Origin: Zancudomyces culisetae HAW-14-8
Lineage: Eukaryota > Fungi > Kickxellomycota
DNA length: 64,000 nucleotides
Assembly: GCA_052426225.1 (NCBI GenBank)
Contig: JBNJNM010000013.1
Location: 1,612,001-1,676,000 of the forward strand
Direction of reading: 5' to 3'
Below are positions 33,709 to 47,199 of this stretch, piece by piece. A model generated the notes under the pieces. The model did not search any database and was not told the DNA's origin. It saw only the letters and a program-made list of their open reading frames with translations. Both the position numbers and the translations under genes were made by a program. The stretch's first letter is position 1. Every line of letters starts with the position of its first letter.

Positions 33709-36700
33709 TCTCAGTTAGCTTTGCTTTTTGTTTGGTTTGTTGTTTTTGTTGGATTTTTGAGTAAATACTTAGAAACTCGATTGTGTAAAGATCAAAAACA
33801 GCGCAAAATTCCAAGACTATTTATACAATTTCTCTGACTTCAGTTTGCTTCTATTTAACACTTATTTTCAAACTTTTTCATTGTAATATGTTTTTTTTGA
33901 ACTTGTGAGGCCAGTATAAGCACGTTTGTCAACCACTTTAGTACTGTATGGTTAGTATATTCATATTTAATAAATAAAGAATTTCTACAAATTTGGAATA
34001 GTAGCTACCATCTCAGCTGTTTGAGTTCAGTGGCAACAAGTGAATACTGAAATTTGTTATTTTTTTAAACTCCTCACAATTAACTACCCATATAAATACT
34101 TACAAATATTCCAAAATTCCTTTAGAAAATTTCATCCAAAATAGAATTTTTTTTTTGTTTACACTGGTAACAGACTATATAATAACGCATAAACCAATAA
34201 TAATTACCAATTCAATTCAGCCGTGGAAACTAAGTTTCCTTTTTAAAAACTTGCGGTTATGTATCTAAAATAAGCAATGAAATAAGTCAAGTTTGGTAGT
34301 TAGCCGGTTGTATTTTTCCTGAAACGTTAAAAACCCCAACCTCAACGGCAATATCTACTGTTTACTCTTTCCTCTGCCCTGGAAGAAATGTTAGTTCAGA
34401 AGCAATTGTTCCGTATAACGATGAAACGACTATAGTACTATTATAAACAGGTTTGAGTATTGAAAGTGGTGGGTCACACACTTTTCTAGAAAAGTATAAA
34501 AGTGTTTACATACTCGTTTAAATTATCATTTTATTTAAACATTCGACATATAGAAATATTTTGTAATTTTTATTTCCGCTTTTAAACATATGTACGAAGA
34601 ATCAAATGAAAGTTCCTCTTGATATGTTTTGTCTCAATAAAATAATAAATATCAATATAAATGACTATAGCAATAAATAAAGGTTGATCCGCAGTAAAAC
34701 TCAATTTTTTTATTGTAAAATATTTATAGTTCTATATGTGTATGTATTAACAGTAATGCACACAATTATAGAAATAAAAATGTTTGAGTATTCCAAAAGT
34801 ATGAAAACCTAACAACTATATTGCATTTAAACATAAACACCAACAAGAACAGAAACTGAGCTCAATGTAAAAATGGGTTAACTTGTGAAAGGTGTAAGAA
34901 CGATAAAACTGCAACTATTTCAAAATGAAGTGATGTGAAATTTAATAGTTTTACTCTGTCTACTGGTATTACTTTAATCGATTAACCTCTTCAATTTACT
35001 GTGTATGTAAACAGTATTCTAAAAATGGAACAGTATTATTTCCAAGTTTTGAGCATATCGGTCTTATAAAAATGCAGAATTCCCAGAACTACATCTTTAC
35101 ATGAATCGTTGGAGTACCAGATTGGTTTTTGGGTCTTTTTATCTACTAAACCATTGCATCTATTACACAGCCAGTCGTTGTTTTGCTTCTTATATTTGTT
35201 CTAACCACCCATCAATTTTAATAATCAAGGCTGGGTGCACCACCAAACTGAATTATACTCTACTATTTGATAAACGATTGGACTTTTAGTAGCTATTTCA
35301 ATATTCTATTTATTTTCTACCCGTATCCCTGTATAAATGTTGGCACACGTGTATACATATGTTTAAATGCCTGAATCGAAAACAGTAAATTGTATCCAGG
35401 TATTGGGATAAAATAGCTGCTCGGTAGTGTATTCTTTCTGTAGTTTATTGATACTAGTGTCTATACTCGAATTTATTGTTTATGCAGGACTAAAAGTAAA
35501 CAACTTTTATTTAAATCAATTACTCTGCTCACATTTCGTGACTAGCTTCTAATTATAATTATTTAATCTTATTTTAAACTGTTCATTTAATTACAAAATG
35601 AGTTATGTGTGAGTTACAGAATGAATTTTTTAGTATAAAGACATCGCTTATTGTCAATCACCCCTGAACCAATGCCCTTCGGATACAGAGGCTCTAGAAC
35701 ATTGAAGGGTAATTGAATCAGTTTAGCTTTGTAAATATTTTTTTGATGATGTTTCCATTACTTAAAATGCTTCTTCACAAATGGAAATAACTAAATCATT
35801 GTAATTTACTAGATTCTTCATGTCCATATATATCTACAGAAAATTTTGCTTTACTGTATTCCAGCTGTGACTCTAGGCTCCCATTTGATCAATGATATTG
35901 GATAATGAGCTATGTTCTCTTAAATTTGGTGAGGCTATTGTTGAAGTCTCTCAATATGTTGCTTTAAATTCCCTAGCGAATTATTGGCATTTTTAGGAGT
36001 AAGGTATTGTCCAAGTAAATATTTTTCCGCAAAAAAGGATCGATTTGATTATAGATTGAATGGAATATATTTATGTTTGAGAATTTGTGGAATTGGAAAT
36101 TGAGAAGGATATTGTTTGAAACCCCCCCTGAAAATTTTTTTTTCAAATATGCGTAATTTTTCTAAAAGAAAATTATGCAATATTTACATCTGAGGTTTTA
36201 CTGGTTTTTATTCAACTTGGGTAATCAATGCAATAAAGAGAATGTTGAATCCTCATGCGATGAATATTACTCCAGAATATTTCTGAAAACCCAATTTGGA
36301 AAGGAACACAACACGAAAATGGAGCTAAACCCATAATACTATGAACAGTACCATTATACATGATGGATATGTGTACTGAATTTCAAGGGGACAAAAATGA
36401 GTTTATACTTCAAGTTCAGTTTACGCAAGGGTGCAGTGGGGGGTGATGATAGGTGTAAACTAATATATTTCTTTTTACTCGGTTAGTATCAGCAAATGAT
36501 AAGCGCATTTAGTACCTGGTGAAACACACACTCAAACCAATTTATAAGAGTTTTCTTCTATTTTTGGCTATGTGAACACGTATATTGTGTTACCCAAAGT
36601 ATTGTTAGTACTTGAGGGGAAACAAGCCATCATAAATAATGCGCTTTGTTATTTAACTTTTCTCATAACTTGTGTAAACGAGTTTAGTTGATCTGCGATG

Positions 36701-37748
36701 TCCAACAACAAAAATAAACGTTTTCTATCTTTCGTTTTCTATTTGAGAAGATAAAACATTTTTTCAATAAAAAAACAGTGTGAAATGGAATTATCCAGGT
36801 CAAATTCCAAGCACAAAGGAGATAACTACCATTTAGGTCCAAAACTACCGCCTGGTGTTGAACTCTAGTTGAGTTTGGTGATGTAAAGTGTGTAGATTTT
36901 GTATTCTGCAAATCATTTACCTAGCACTACTGCTCGTCATGTTATCTACTGCATTTAATGTGCGTTGTTCCATAAAATTTGATTTCTACTGGAAACTATC
37001 CATTTGATTGCCCATTTCAAGATATTTTTTTACATATCTTTATCGGCATTCTTCGTTTTTTCTATCTATTATATTTTATAAATATCCGTTGATTATAATT
37101 GTTGTAATTATCCTATCGGCTGACATTATCCTTTACAAATCTTGGTATTGTTCCCAGGTCAAAAACTTCTATCTCAAAGTAAGACGAACTAGCGAATAAA
37201 CCAACATCATCTTGAATGACAGACATGCTGACAGAGTATTTTTTGTTGTTGCGAAATCATATAATGTGGCATTTTTCTTTGACGAGAATAGTTATAGTCA
37301 TAAGCAAATTACGTAACAAAGACCTATCAAAGTCTTCATATATTTATGCGAAGGGTTTGTTTGAAAATCGACGGAGGTTTCTGAGTGAAAATTTTTTTAG
37401 GTTGGTTAATTTGGGGCATAAACATGATCGAGAGTACACATATGTACATTTAAATATCATTATGATCCGTTTGCAGAAAATACGCGCCACCGGGCTTTTC
37501 TTGTGTCAGTTTTTACTGGTGCTAATCAACAATAAATGGTCGTAAAAAAAATAAAGAAAATTCGCTAATATAAGAATAAGTACAGAATTATACCCAAAGA
37601 TTTAGAATAAAAGAATATCGTCAATTCGATATTTCTTATCTTTACACCAGTATTACATCTCCTAAACTCGGTAATACTAGACTATTCTAGCAAGCTCAAA
37701 TAATAAAACTGTGAAAATAGTATTACAGCTATACTAACAGCAAGCCCG

Positions 37749-39842
37749 ATGGCTCCACAAAAGTCAATGGTTCAAAGAAGTAGGATGATAACCATCAACA
37801 AGGTCACTGGCCTTGTTGCCAGCGTAGAGACCAAAGCTACGAAGATACATGCTGTTATAAACAACAGTAAACGGTTGAAGCTGGAAAACAGTAGGGCAGG
37901 TGTTAGCTTTGATAAGATGTATGAGGAAATATATGAATATGTGTTAATAAAAAGGATTGATAACGGGAATTTTAGCTACGAAGCCTACTACGATGAAAAC
38001 GTCAAAACACACATGATAAAGCTAGTAAATTTCATGGTAGAAACAATAAAAATTTTTATTTTTGCAACACCAAATCTGATGATACCCGTTAGAGTACCCA
38101 TGCTGATAGAAAATATCAAAAATTTAAGACTTCCTAGATACATGATTTACACGATATTGATTCTTGGGACACAACTGTTGCCAGAATCCAGAGTCACAAG
38201 ATTTTTGGATGCCAAAAAAGTGGCGAAAATGGTGAACTATGTTCGGAAAGTGCTTGATGATAGACAGAATAAGTTCAAAATGAATCACTTGTGGTGTCTC
38301 CAAGCTTTACTTGAACAAAAAACCAGTAATACGTTTAGCAATGCCGCACGTGTAGATAAAATGAAATGTTACAGCGCATGTATCATGCTTGGGTTGCACA
38401 AAGTTGATTCAAGTGCTTATTTAGGGTTAAAGCAGTCCGTACAGAGACAAAATGAAATAGAGTTTAGGCGACGAATGTTTTGGATGGTATATCTTAACAA
38501 CAGCGTTCAAGCAGGATTTGTTAAACATGCTATCTATGATGGTTTTTTTAAAAGCGCAAATAAACTCCCAAAAAACGACTATGAGTGGAGAAACGGAATT
38601 GAGTACAAAACATCAACGCTCATTCTAGTGGAAAATAGACAATTAATCAAGACCAGCGAAAGCAGAAGGGTGAACCCGGATATTACAAAAATAAGGTGTA
38701 TAGTATTTGGTATACATAACAAAATTTGTGCTTTTCGAAACCGAAGGAGCTACATGATTAAACGGGACTATCAACGCGACTTTGAAAGGTACACAGATCT
38801 TTCAAAGCAACTCAATGGTATTTCAAAAATGCTGAGAAGATATACATTTGATACACTCCAAAAACTCCAGCTGTGTGAGAACGCAAATTTTCTAATAATC
38901 GACGAAGCCACTGTCAAGAATCTGCTATTCCAGATGTGGAGCTTGCGCCTTGCTTTGATGAATGCAGCCGTCCATTTGTGCATTACTGAGATACTGTACT
39001 TAGAGTATTTTAACAATGATCTCTGGCGCGTCCAGGTAGCAAAGATGCTAAGCATCAATTACTCTCTTGAAGGTGTAAAGATCTTGGAATGGGGCTATGC
39101 TAATATTCCGATACAGTGTATGGATTTAAATCTTCATTTTTTGGTTTGTTGGATATGCCTGACACTTATTAATGCAGCCTATATCACAGACCATCCAAAA
39201 TACACGGAAATTGTTGAAGGCAGAGATTTTGTTTCTATGTTACTAGAAAAACTCGAGCCAAAGTTCCAGCGTGGAGGAGAATTTTATAAATTTTTTACGC
39301 AGATCATTAAAACAAAGCAACATTTCCACAACATTAACAGAATGGTCAACCCTGTGCCCAGTATTATTACAAACAGCGCAATAACTGAGGAAGACCTGGA
39401 TCCTTGGTTTATTATTGGTTCTCCTCCATGTGCGGGAAGCGGGTGTTGTCTTTTAGCAAACAACAATATCGCTTTACGTGTATTATCGCTAACATATTAT
39501 ATAGATCATCCTAGTGCACTCAACGATTTTGGTAGCGTGGAGGGATTTACCGATCTTTTGCATTCATTTAGCGCTGCTTTGGATTTTTCTCACAAAAAAT
39601 CTGCGATTTGCAAGAGAATAAACGGTCAAGAAAAGCGCAAAACACCAAACAGTATCTACATGTTAATAGAAAGAAATGATGATATTAGTGACAAAAACAC
39701 CCGTACACTAAACGTTCGTAAACCACCAGAATATTATTTATGGTCAAAGCGGAGTACCAGAGCATCAACCAAATCACTGTTTAGATTGCTTTTTCCTAAG
39801 CGTCGAGTAGCTGGATGTGACATTGACTATAGTTTTAATTAA
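37749..39842 (+). CDS. Fungal-specific transcription factor (Fungal_trans/middle homology region) protein
   Basis: ACIMLGLHKVD...EIEFRRRMFWMVY...LPKND matches the Fungal_trans motif (A..LGLH...E.RRR.FW..Y). No Zn2Cys6 cluster in the ORF. Confidence 0.75.
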   Translation: MAPQKSMVQRSRMITINKVTGLVASVETKATKIHAVINNSKRLKLENSRAGVSFDKMYEEIYEYVLIKRIDNGNFSYEAYYDENVKTHMIKLVNFMVETIKIFIFATPNLMIPVRVPMLIENIKNLRLPRYMIYTILILGTQLLPESRVTRFLDAKKVAKMVNYVRKVLDDRQNKFKMNHLWCLQALLEQKTSNTFSNAARVDKMKCYSACIMLGLHKVDSSAYLGLKQSVQRQNEIEFRRRMFWMVYLNNSVQAGFVKHAIYDGFFKSANKLPKNDYEWRNGIEYKTSTLILVENRQLIKTSESRRVNPDITKIRCIVFGIHNKICAFRNRRSYMIKRDYQRDFERYTDLSKQLNGISKMLRRYTFDTLQKLQLCENANFLIIDEATVKNLLFQMWSLRLALMNAAVHLCITEILYLEYFNNDLWRVQVAKMLSINYSLEGVKILEWGYANIPIQCMDLNLHFLVCWICLTLINAAYITDHPKYTEIVEGRDFVSMLLEKLEPKFQRGGEFYKFFTQIIKTKQHFHNINRMVNPVPSIITNSAITEEDLDPWFIIGSPPCAGSGCCLLANNNIALRVLSLTYYIDHPSALNDFGSVEGFTDLLHSFSAALDFSHKKSAICKRINGQEKRKTPNSIYMLIERNDDISDKNTRTLNVRKPPEYYLWSKRSTRASTKSLFRLLFPKRRVAGCDIDYSFN

Positions 39843-41931
39843 TGAGACTGAAGTGAATGCTATCTAACTATATTGGCAAGTGATCTGTAAATCTAGCGAA
39901 TATTGCCACATTGCTCAAAGAAGGAACGGTGATATTATGGTATACAGATTTTACAGCGAAGGAAACGGTGTTATTTTTTGAAGCGGAGTTAGGTAGTGGG
40001 AGTTGTTATCCTGGGTTTATTAATACTATAATACTAAATTCAAATCAACTTAATATTAGGCTGGGGTCTCAAAATAAATGGGATGATAGACGCCAGTTAT
40101 ACTAGCTTTTGTGTAGATTACTCATTTTAATATCTAATTCGCCTTGGAAAAAATTGATGTGTACATGAATTAATGGTTATATAAAACAAAAGCGTTTCTG
40201 ATACATTTGGATAAAAGTAACCAAATAAACATAATTGAACACAAAAAAAATTATTGTGCGTTTCTCTGTGTACTTGTATTCAGCTGAAGTTGATTCAAAG
40301 TAACACAGAAGCGCCTAAAAACAGTTTTAGATTACACTCCAATCGCCCTTGGTAAATCGTTTCAAGCTATAGAATGCATTGAAATAACAAATATTATTGG
40401 ACCGGTTATTTTTAATATGCAGACCTAATCTCATCTTTCATTCGGATCAAAAGTGTATCAGTGCACAAAATTACAAAGGGCAACCCGATAAACAAAATAC
40501 TTAAATAATTTTTTCTGACTACTATTTTTAAAATAGTGTTGGCAAGCTAAACGTAATACAACTTTATCAAGAGTAGACAGGTGCTCATTTAGAACATACA
40601 ATCTGGTTTGGAGTCAGGACGATCACACCAAATCTAGATCCCAAAACGAATAAATTCTCAAATTCTCAAATTCTTACGCTTTCGAATCTTCTCAATATCT
40701 ATTTTAAACATTTTATTAAAGATGACATAAATACCCATACAAGGTAAACTACGTTGAACCAACTTTTCAATAAAAATACCAGGTATGGACTTTATCACTA
40801 ATCAATTTTATAAACACCACAGTGTTGAGCCCCTTTTAAATTGCAATCCTTGGAAAATAAACACCAGCAACAACTATATTGCTTGTGCTCAATCATTATA
40901 CGTAAGTATAATTAAGAAAGAAGTCCTTTTATGGGAATAGTATTCAGAATAAAAAAGTGAAAAAAATCAGGTGAGTTAACTGCATTTTTCTTTCCTTACC
41001 ATATGATATTTTGTAGGAATACTGCTTATATTTTCCGGATAGCTGTATATGATTAATTTTTTTTCGATATCAGTACTGTTTCTATTTCACTCAACAGCGG
41101 TAATGAATATTGTTTAAAAACTTTATAAGGATAAGAATAAAATAGCAACAGATGAAATCTGTTGATTTGATGTATAATACATACCCCTATCAACTGAAGT
41201 ATTTCATGAATTTTGTTAAAAAAATACTAAACCATTAGGTTAGTAAACCCCATCAAACTTCAAGTTTAAATAATTTGAAGAAGTATTGTTTGACTGTTTA
41301 ACTAAAGCATGATCTACTTTTCAAAATATATTTATTCAACAATCAAGTGCGTGATTGTTATTTGAAATGTAGTACCAAAACCAGGTTCATCCAAAGCACA
41401 AATTTACTACATGTGTTCAATAGCAAACCATAAACCATTTTACAAATCATAATATTCATTTCTATTAGAGCTAATTAATAAAAATCAGACAAAGGTGGCA
41501 GATGTAATGACCAGTCTGTGCTAGGCGAAAGATGATGAAACTAAAATGCCTTTATGTTGACTAATTGAAGCTTTTTTAGATCATTAGGTAATTCATCTTG
41601 AAAACCTTTGAAAGACGTAGATTACTGGACTGGAAATTGACCAACTTTTGTGGTTTGGTTAAAATCATGATTGGTATCCAATAATTTGAAAATCTTTGTT
41701 GATTTTTTCAATTCACGCAGCTAATGACCATTTAATTGATGTAAAAATGAAAAGATCTCAAAAGTCTAAAAAAATCACAAAATCACAAAATCAGGAAAAT
41801 AGTATAAAACTAGCATATCTATGTTATTCAGGATTATCCATTTTGACTACATTACCTTAATATACAATCGACCGAACCAAACTTAACCAAACCACAATGA
41901 AAGGAATAGGAACAGTACAACCTACGGCACA

Positions 41932-44900
41932 GTGAATAACAACAATAACAATGATCTTCTTGACAAACTTCCAGCAAGCATCTTATCAACCATATTCGCA
42001 CTTGCTCAGAACACTAAATTGTCGCTTTTGAACAAAAATATGAGCTATATCTCGCAACAAGTAAACACCATCTGCGGTTATATTTTTCAATATGCTTTAT
42101 ATAATACAGAGGGTAGTTTTGAGTCAAATCTAAGGAAAGTTTTTAAGAAATACAAAAGAATTAGAGCCAATGAAACCATCGGAATGCTGGTTTTGAAAAA
42201 GGTTAAGAACTTGGACTACGAACTTGCTCTATATATGTCATTAGATGTTAGATGGTTGAAAATACTAAAAAAGCTACTCAGAATGTATATAATGATTGAT
42301 AGAAACACTCCAACAATTGTGTACAAGGGTACTTTATTTATGAACGAGAGCGAGTATATAAATATTGATATCGGAAATTTGTTTTCTGAAGAGAACGAAA
42401 TACTAAGAGATTTGACAGACATCATAATATCTGAATACCTCTATGTTAGACCATTAATAGATATTTAATCAAATTTGCAAAGATCATTAAACAAAATAGA
42501 TACAAGCTTTAGGAAAGAGCATATTGAAGCCTTGGTAGATATCTATAGTAGCGATGTCGAGTTTCCTCGGAAGATTTTTGGCTTTGTTGAGAGAGATGCT
42601 AAATTTATGGATAGTAAAGCTACAATATGTTGTATACCGATGTGTATATATGAAATATGTCAATCGAATGACCTCAAACTACTAAAAAGAGTTTTGGAAA
42701 TAAATATCAAAGCAAAGTTTTCCAATCAGGAAGTGGAATTACTTGAAAATTTTAGTGGTATGGACACGATTTCGGAACTTTTTGATATTATTAGGCGATA
42801 TTCCTCTTTAAATACGATGAACAAGCTTATTAATAAGATGTGTTCATACTACTCAATTCATTGGAGAAGTAAAGAATTATTAAATTATCTTGAAAATACC
42901 CACTCTAGTAGTATGTATAAACAGATATTGTTTGACGTGGCAATACATAAACGAAAACCGAAGTTGATGAAAGAGTATTTTCTAAAAGTGGAACCAAACT
43001 CAGAAAATATCAGAAAAATGACAGAAATGGCGTACTATAGTGGTAATTTCAAGCTCATAATATTTCTTTTAAACACCTGTAGTAATCTGGAGGGGAATCT
43101 GAAAGAAAATGTAACGTGATTGGTTATAATAAGGAATGACTTTGAATCGGCGAAGGATATATTAGCAAGTATCCCAATACTGCGAGTGTTTCCTGTCTAA
43201 ACGAAGCAATGGAAAGGAGGAGTGTGTTAGCATTGCCAAATTAATTATCGAAGCTGAAGTGAATTTAAATTCACCATTATTCTATGGAGTTGGAGCTGCA
43301 AGTAGAAATAATAATATAAATATGCTACGGTTGTTGTTGGAAAACGGTGCCTCGGTTAAGTTGGCGGATCAAAGTGTTATTGAGAAGCTGTGTAGTATTA
43401 AAAATCATGAAATAGCTGAACACGTATTGGAGCTCTTGAATAATGAAGAAGAAAATCACCACGTACATGATAAAGTAACCATTGGAGCGAAACTGAGATT
43501 TAATAAAACAATGATGTGCCTTATTGGAGTATATCAAAAACATGAAAAACGTATTCCTAACAGTAATGTTGAATTTGAGAAACTACTCGAACAAACGGAT
43601 TTATTCGAAAGAACAGTAGCAATTATGAATTTAAGAAGGAAAAAGACTTTTGAGTATACTTATTCATGTCACGAGAAGAAATCTTATTACCTTTGGCTTT
43701 ACGACAATCAGAATGATTGTTATAAAAAATTATCTGAAGTAATCCGCTACATCATAGAGAATGATCTACAAAGTACATTGAATGACACTGGGTACGATAA
43801 AAATAACGAATTCAAAGACAAGAAATGTATCGAGGTGTTGAACGATAGACATTATGAAATAGTAAAATCAGAGTTGGTAAACCGAAATTTTGAAATATTG
43901 AGACTATTGATAGAGTATGGAATGGATATCAATTGGCACAATAGTTTGATCTTAAGAACAGCGTATAAAGCGGGTGATATTAGTTGAATAGATTACTTTA
44001 TCAGTAAAGGTATGAGATTGAAAGGATGATCAGATGGGTTTGAAGAGACATGTAAATCAAATAAAACTGATGTGTTGGAACACTGGATGAAGAATGGTGG
44101 CGTGATACCCAATAACCCAAAATATGAGTGTATTAACATGGCGTGTTTACTGGGTAACTTTGATATGATTAAACTGTTGGTAGAAAATGGAGTTGATTTA
44201 AGTGATCCAAAACGGAATGGAGTCAGAATCGCATGTAGATTGGATCTCAAAAAGACATTTAAATACATCTTGGAGCACAATGCTGTGATAGAAGGTGTTT
44301 GTCATCACCAGTTAGAGTATGCGTGTATAATTGAGGATGCTGGATTGGTAAAAATGATTCTAGAGTATTATGATGGTTTGGAAGTATTAGAAAGAAAGAA
44401 AAGTACAAATACAAAGGAAGGAGCCGGATTACAAAATAGTTCATTCTTGGTTAATGAAAACCTTGATCGGTTTGAAGAATACATAGATACTAAAATCTTA
44501 CTTGATAGAGGCCAACCAATCAAAAGTTACGATTTCGTAGATGGAGTGAAGGTGGCAGCTTCATTAGCCAATATTCAAATCCTGGAGTTACTGCTTTATT
44601 ACAAACTCGATAGCAAAAATGATTTTGAAATAATGGAGGCTGCTGTACAATCAGAAAACATCAACGTGATAAAACTTCTTTTGGAGAATGGACTAAGCGT
44701 TAAAGACAGCGCTGAAATTATAAATGTAGCACTCAAAACAAATAACGTTGAAATGACCAGTCTTTTGTTAGAAAACGGTGCAGAAATATGCGGATACTCG
44801 CGCTATTTAAAGAATGTTGATTTAGACGACATTGAAACATTACGGTTAATATTAAATAATTGCCCTGATGTTCGTGACGATTCATACTTACTCGATGCTG

Positions 44901-45180
44901 CTATCAAGAAGGACAACCTGGAGGTAGTTAAATTGATTTTAAATACCCCTCATCTTCATATTATAGCGGCTCCGATTTATTATATTACGCCTGTAAAAAA
45001 AACGATATAAACATTCTGAAACTGATGTTGAAAAATAGAGCTACAGTAAAAAAAAATCTTACCTTTGGGGTTTCCCAAGCTATCAAAAACAATAATATCG
45101 AAATGCTGAGATTTCTATTTTAAAGAGACCCAAATTTAGTACTGAACAGAGATTTTGGAATCTATGAAGCAATTGTAGTA
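41932..45180 (+). pseudogene. Pseudogenised paralog of the 26617 ankyrin gene
   Basis: Colinear similarity along its length. ATG replaced by GTG; stops at 42466, 43117, 43985, about 44027 and 45121; frameshifts near 43170 and 44945. About 600 bp of upstream sequence is also homologous. Confidence 0.92.
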
Positions 45181-46395
45181 CATCAATATTACTATGCGAA
45201 GTTTAGTAACTATAACAATCTATATCTTTGAAAGTTTATATACCATTTTATTTAATTTATAAATTATCCTAATGTGAATAATGAAAACTGTAAGAAATGT
45301 ATAAAATCTTTATCTTTACTCGTTCTGTAACTGTATCATTATCATTGGGTCTTGGTATCGGCAGGAGTTAGATTGAATAATAGTAAATATCCGATCTTTC
45401 AAGTAACAATCCAAAAACCAAAACCTTGTGAATATATTCCTTATCACAATCCTAGTTTAACAATAGGCTCTTTTCATTGTTAAAAATATATTATCACACT
45501 AAGACAGTTTAAAATCACAATCAATTAAATTCTTGACAAACATACGCGTTGAACTTGTACCAAGATCAATCAAAAACACACAAATTCAAAAGTGTAGCAA
45601 TTAATAGAATAAAAATCAAATTAGATAGTAATTCTCCTTTCTGATTTTGTATTCAACAGAGTTTGTTGATTGTAAAGGATAAATCTTTCCCAATCATGCT
45701 CGTCTCCTAATCTTTTATTCCATCACACCCACACCCACTATCACCACTACTACCATTACTCTCATTTTCAATTTAAAAATACTGTCATGTTTGCAATTTT
45801 ATTATTATTGTATCCACTCCCCCCACGTGTATTGCTCTGTGAATTAGATTAGTATGGTGATAGTAACTCACCTGCATCGCTTTCCATTACACTAGAGGAA
45901 TCATTATTGTATTCTATATTCGATAATGCTATATTTGGTTTTAAAATATCATTAGTAAAACCCTGACCACCTGAAATGTATGCAGTATCAATACTTTTTG
46001 TTCGATTCGTTCCAGTTATGAGTATTATTTTTAAAGAATAATTCAGAGTTTAATTTGCCCAACTCGTTTTTTGTAATATAGTAATCTGAATTGGCTGAAT
46101 TCATCTCTTAGGTGTCTTGAAATAGTAGCATACAAAAAATACTATTTGATTCATTTTTACTGGGTTTCCATACTCATTTGTTATCAGAATATTGTCTTTA
46201 GCAACCTGAACAAAACCATAAAATGCATATCGATATCCCAGCATTCACTTCTAGCTTTTACTTGGATATTGCACAATTTCAATGATTGTTGAATTGATAT
46301 ATTGAAAGTATGATGATAACTAAAGTAGCGATTTTAAAATAAAATTGAAAGGATGAATAAATGAAACTAATAAAAAACTAAGTAAATAGACAAAT

Positions 46396-47199
46396 TTACT
46401 TGCATGGGCAAGAGCAAGTTCCTGTGGTTGGTTTAATTGCTGAACTAGTCGTAGTAGTAGCCCTCATAGCTATACTGCTGCTTGAAGATGCTGGGGTACC
46501 ACCACCTGCGGCTGGTGATGATCCTCCACTACCATTAACAGTAATATTTGGTCTTGAATTCAACAAACTAATACCACTTTCGTAGTTTCCATTGAATTCT
46601 GCAACTACTGGTGTTCCTGGTCCATAATTAGCTATCAACAACTTCTTTCCTGTATAACTACCACCATTCACTCCCTTGATAGCAACATCTGCACAATTCA
46701 TGTAGTATTCTCGATTTCCACTCGCATTTATCCATGTCCATGCAAATACTGCACTGTTACTTGATGGTAGATTAGATGGTAGTTGAATGTCGTATGATAA
46801 TACTTCAGCAGTATTTCCAGATTTCTGACCATTAAAGAAGCAGTATTTGAGTACATCCTTGATTACAACAAATGTCTTTCCGCCGTCATACGACAAAGCA
46901 AACTGACAATGTCCACCACTATGAGCAGCGCCATCTGGTCGGAACTTGACTTTTACTGTGCTTCCAGCTGTCCATGTTTCAACAACTCTTGATGATTTTC
47001 TGTCAGTTTTACATAGTGGTTGTTTGGCTGCGGATGATGTACCAATTGGACTCTTAATGTCGTAATCCACTGGGTCACCAGCTGGACACAGTGGATTATT
47101 TGGTGATAATCTTGGACATGGTTGAACCATAGCCATGTGGGAATATACACTTGTTGCAAACAGGGTTACGAGTACACCGAGATTGAGGTTTGAAAACAT
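46396..47199 (-). CDS. Secreted AA11 lytic polysaccharide monooxygenase (chitin-active family)
   Basis: Signal peptide followed by N-terminal His (HMAMVQPCPR); GAAHSGGHCQFALSYD; FAWTWIN..GNREYYMNCADV (histidine brace plus axial Tyr). Confidence 0.92.
   Translation of the reverse strand: MFSNLNLGVLVTLFATSVYSHMAMVQPCPRLSPNNPLCPAGDPVDYDIKSPIGTSSAAKQPLCKTDRKSSRVVETWTAGSTVKVKFRPDGAAHSGGHCQFALSYDGGKTFVVIKDVLKYCFFNGQKSGNTAEVLSYDIQLPSNLPSSNSAVFAWTWINASGNREYYMNCADVAIKGVNGGSYTGKKLLIANYGPGTPVVAEFNGNYESGISLLNSRPNITVNGSGGSSPAAGGGTPASSSSSIAMRATTTTSSAIKPTTGTCSCPCK

Noticed and set aside
35650-37545. Short ORFs and GC-richer patches upstream of the transcription factor
   Set aside because: No consistent frame, motif or splice pattern could be supported
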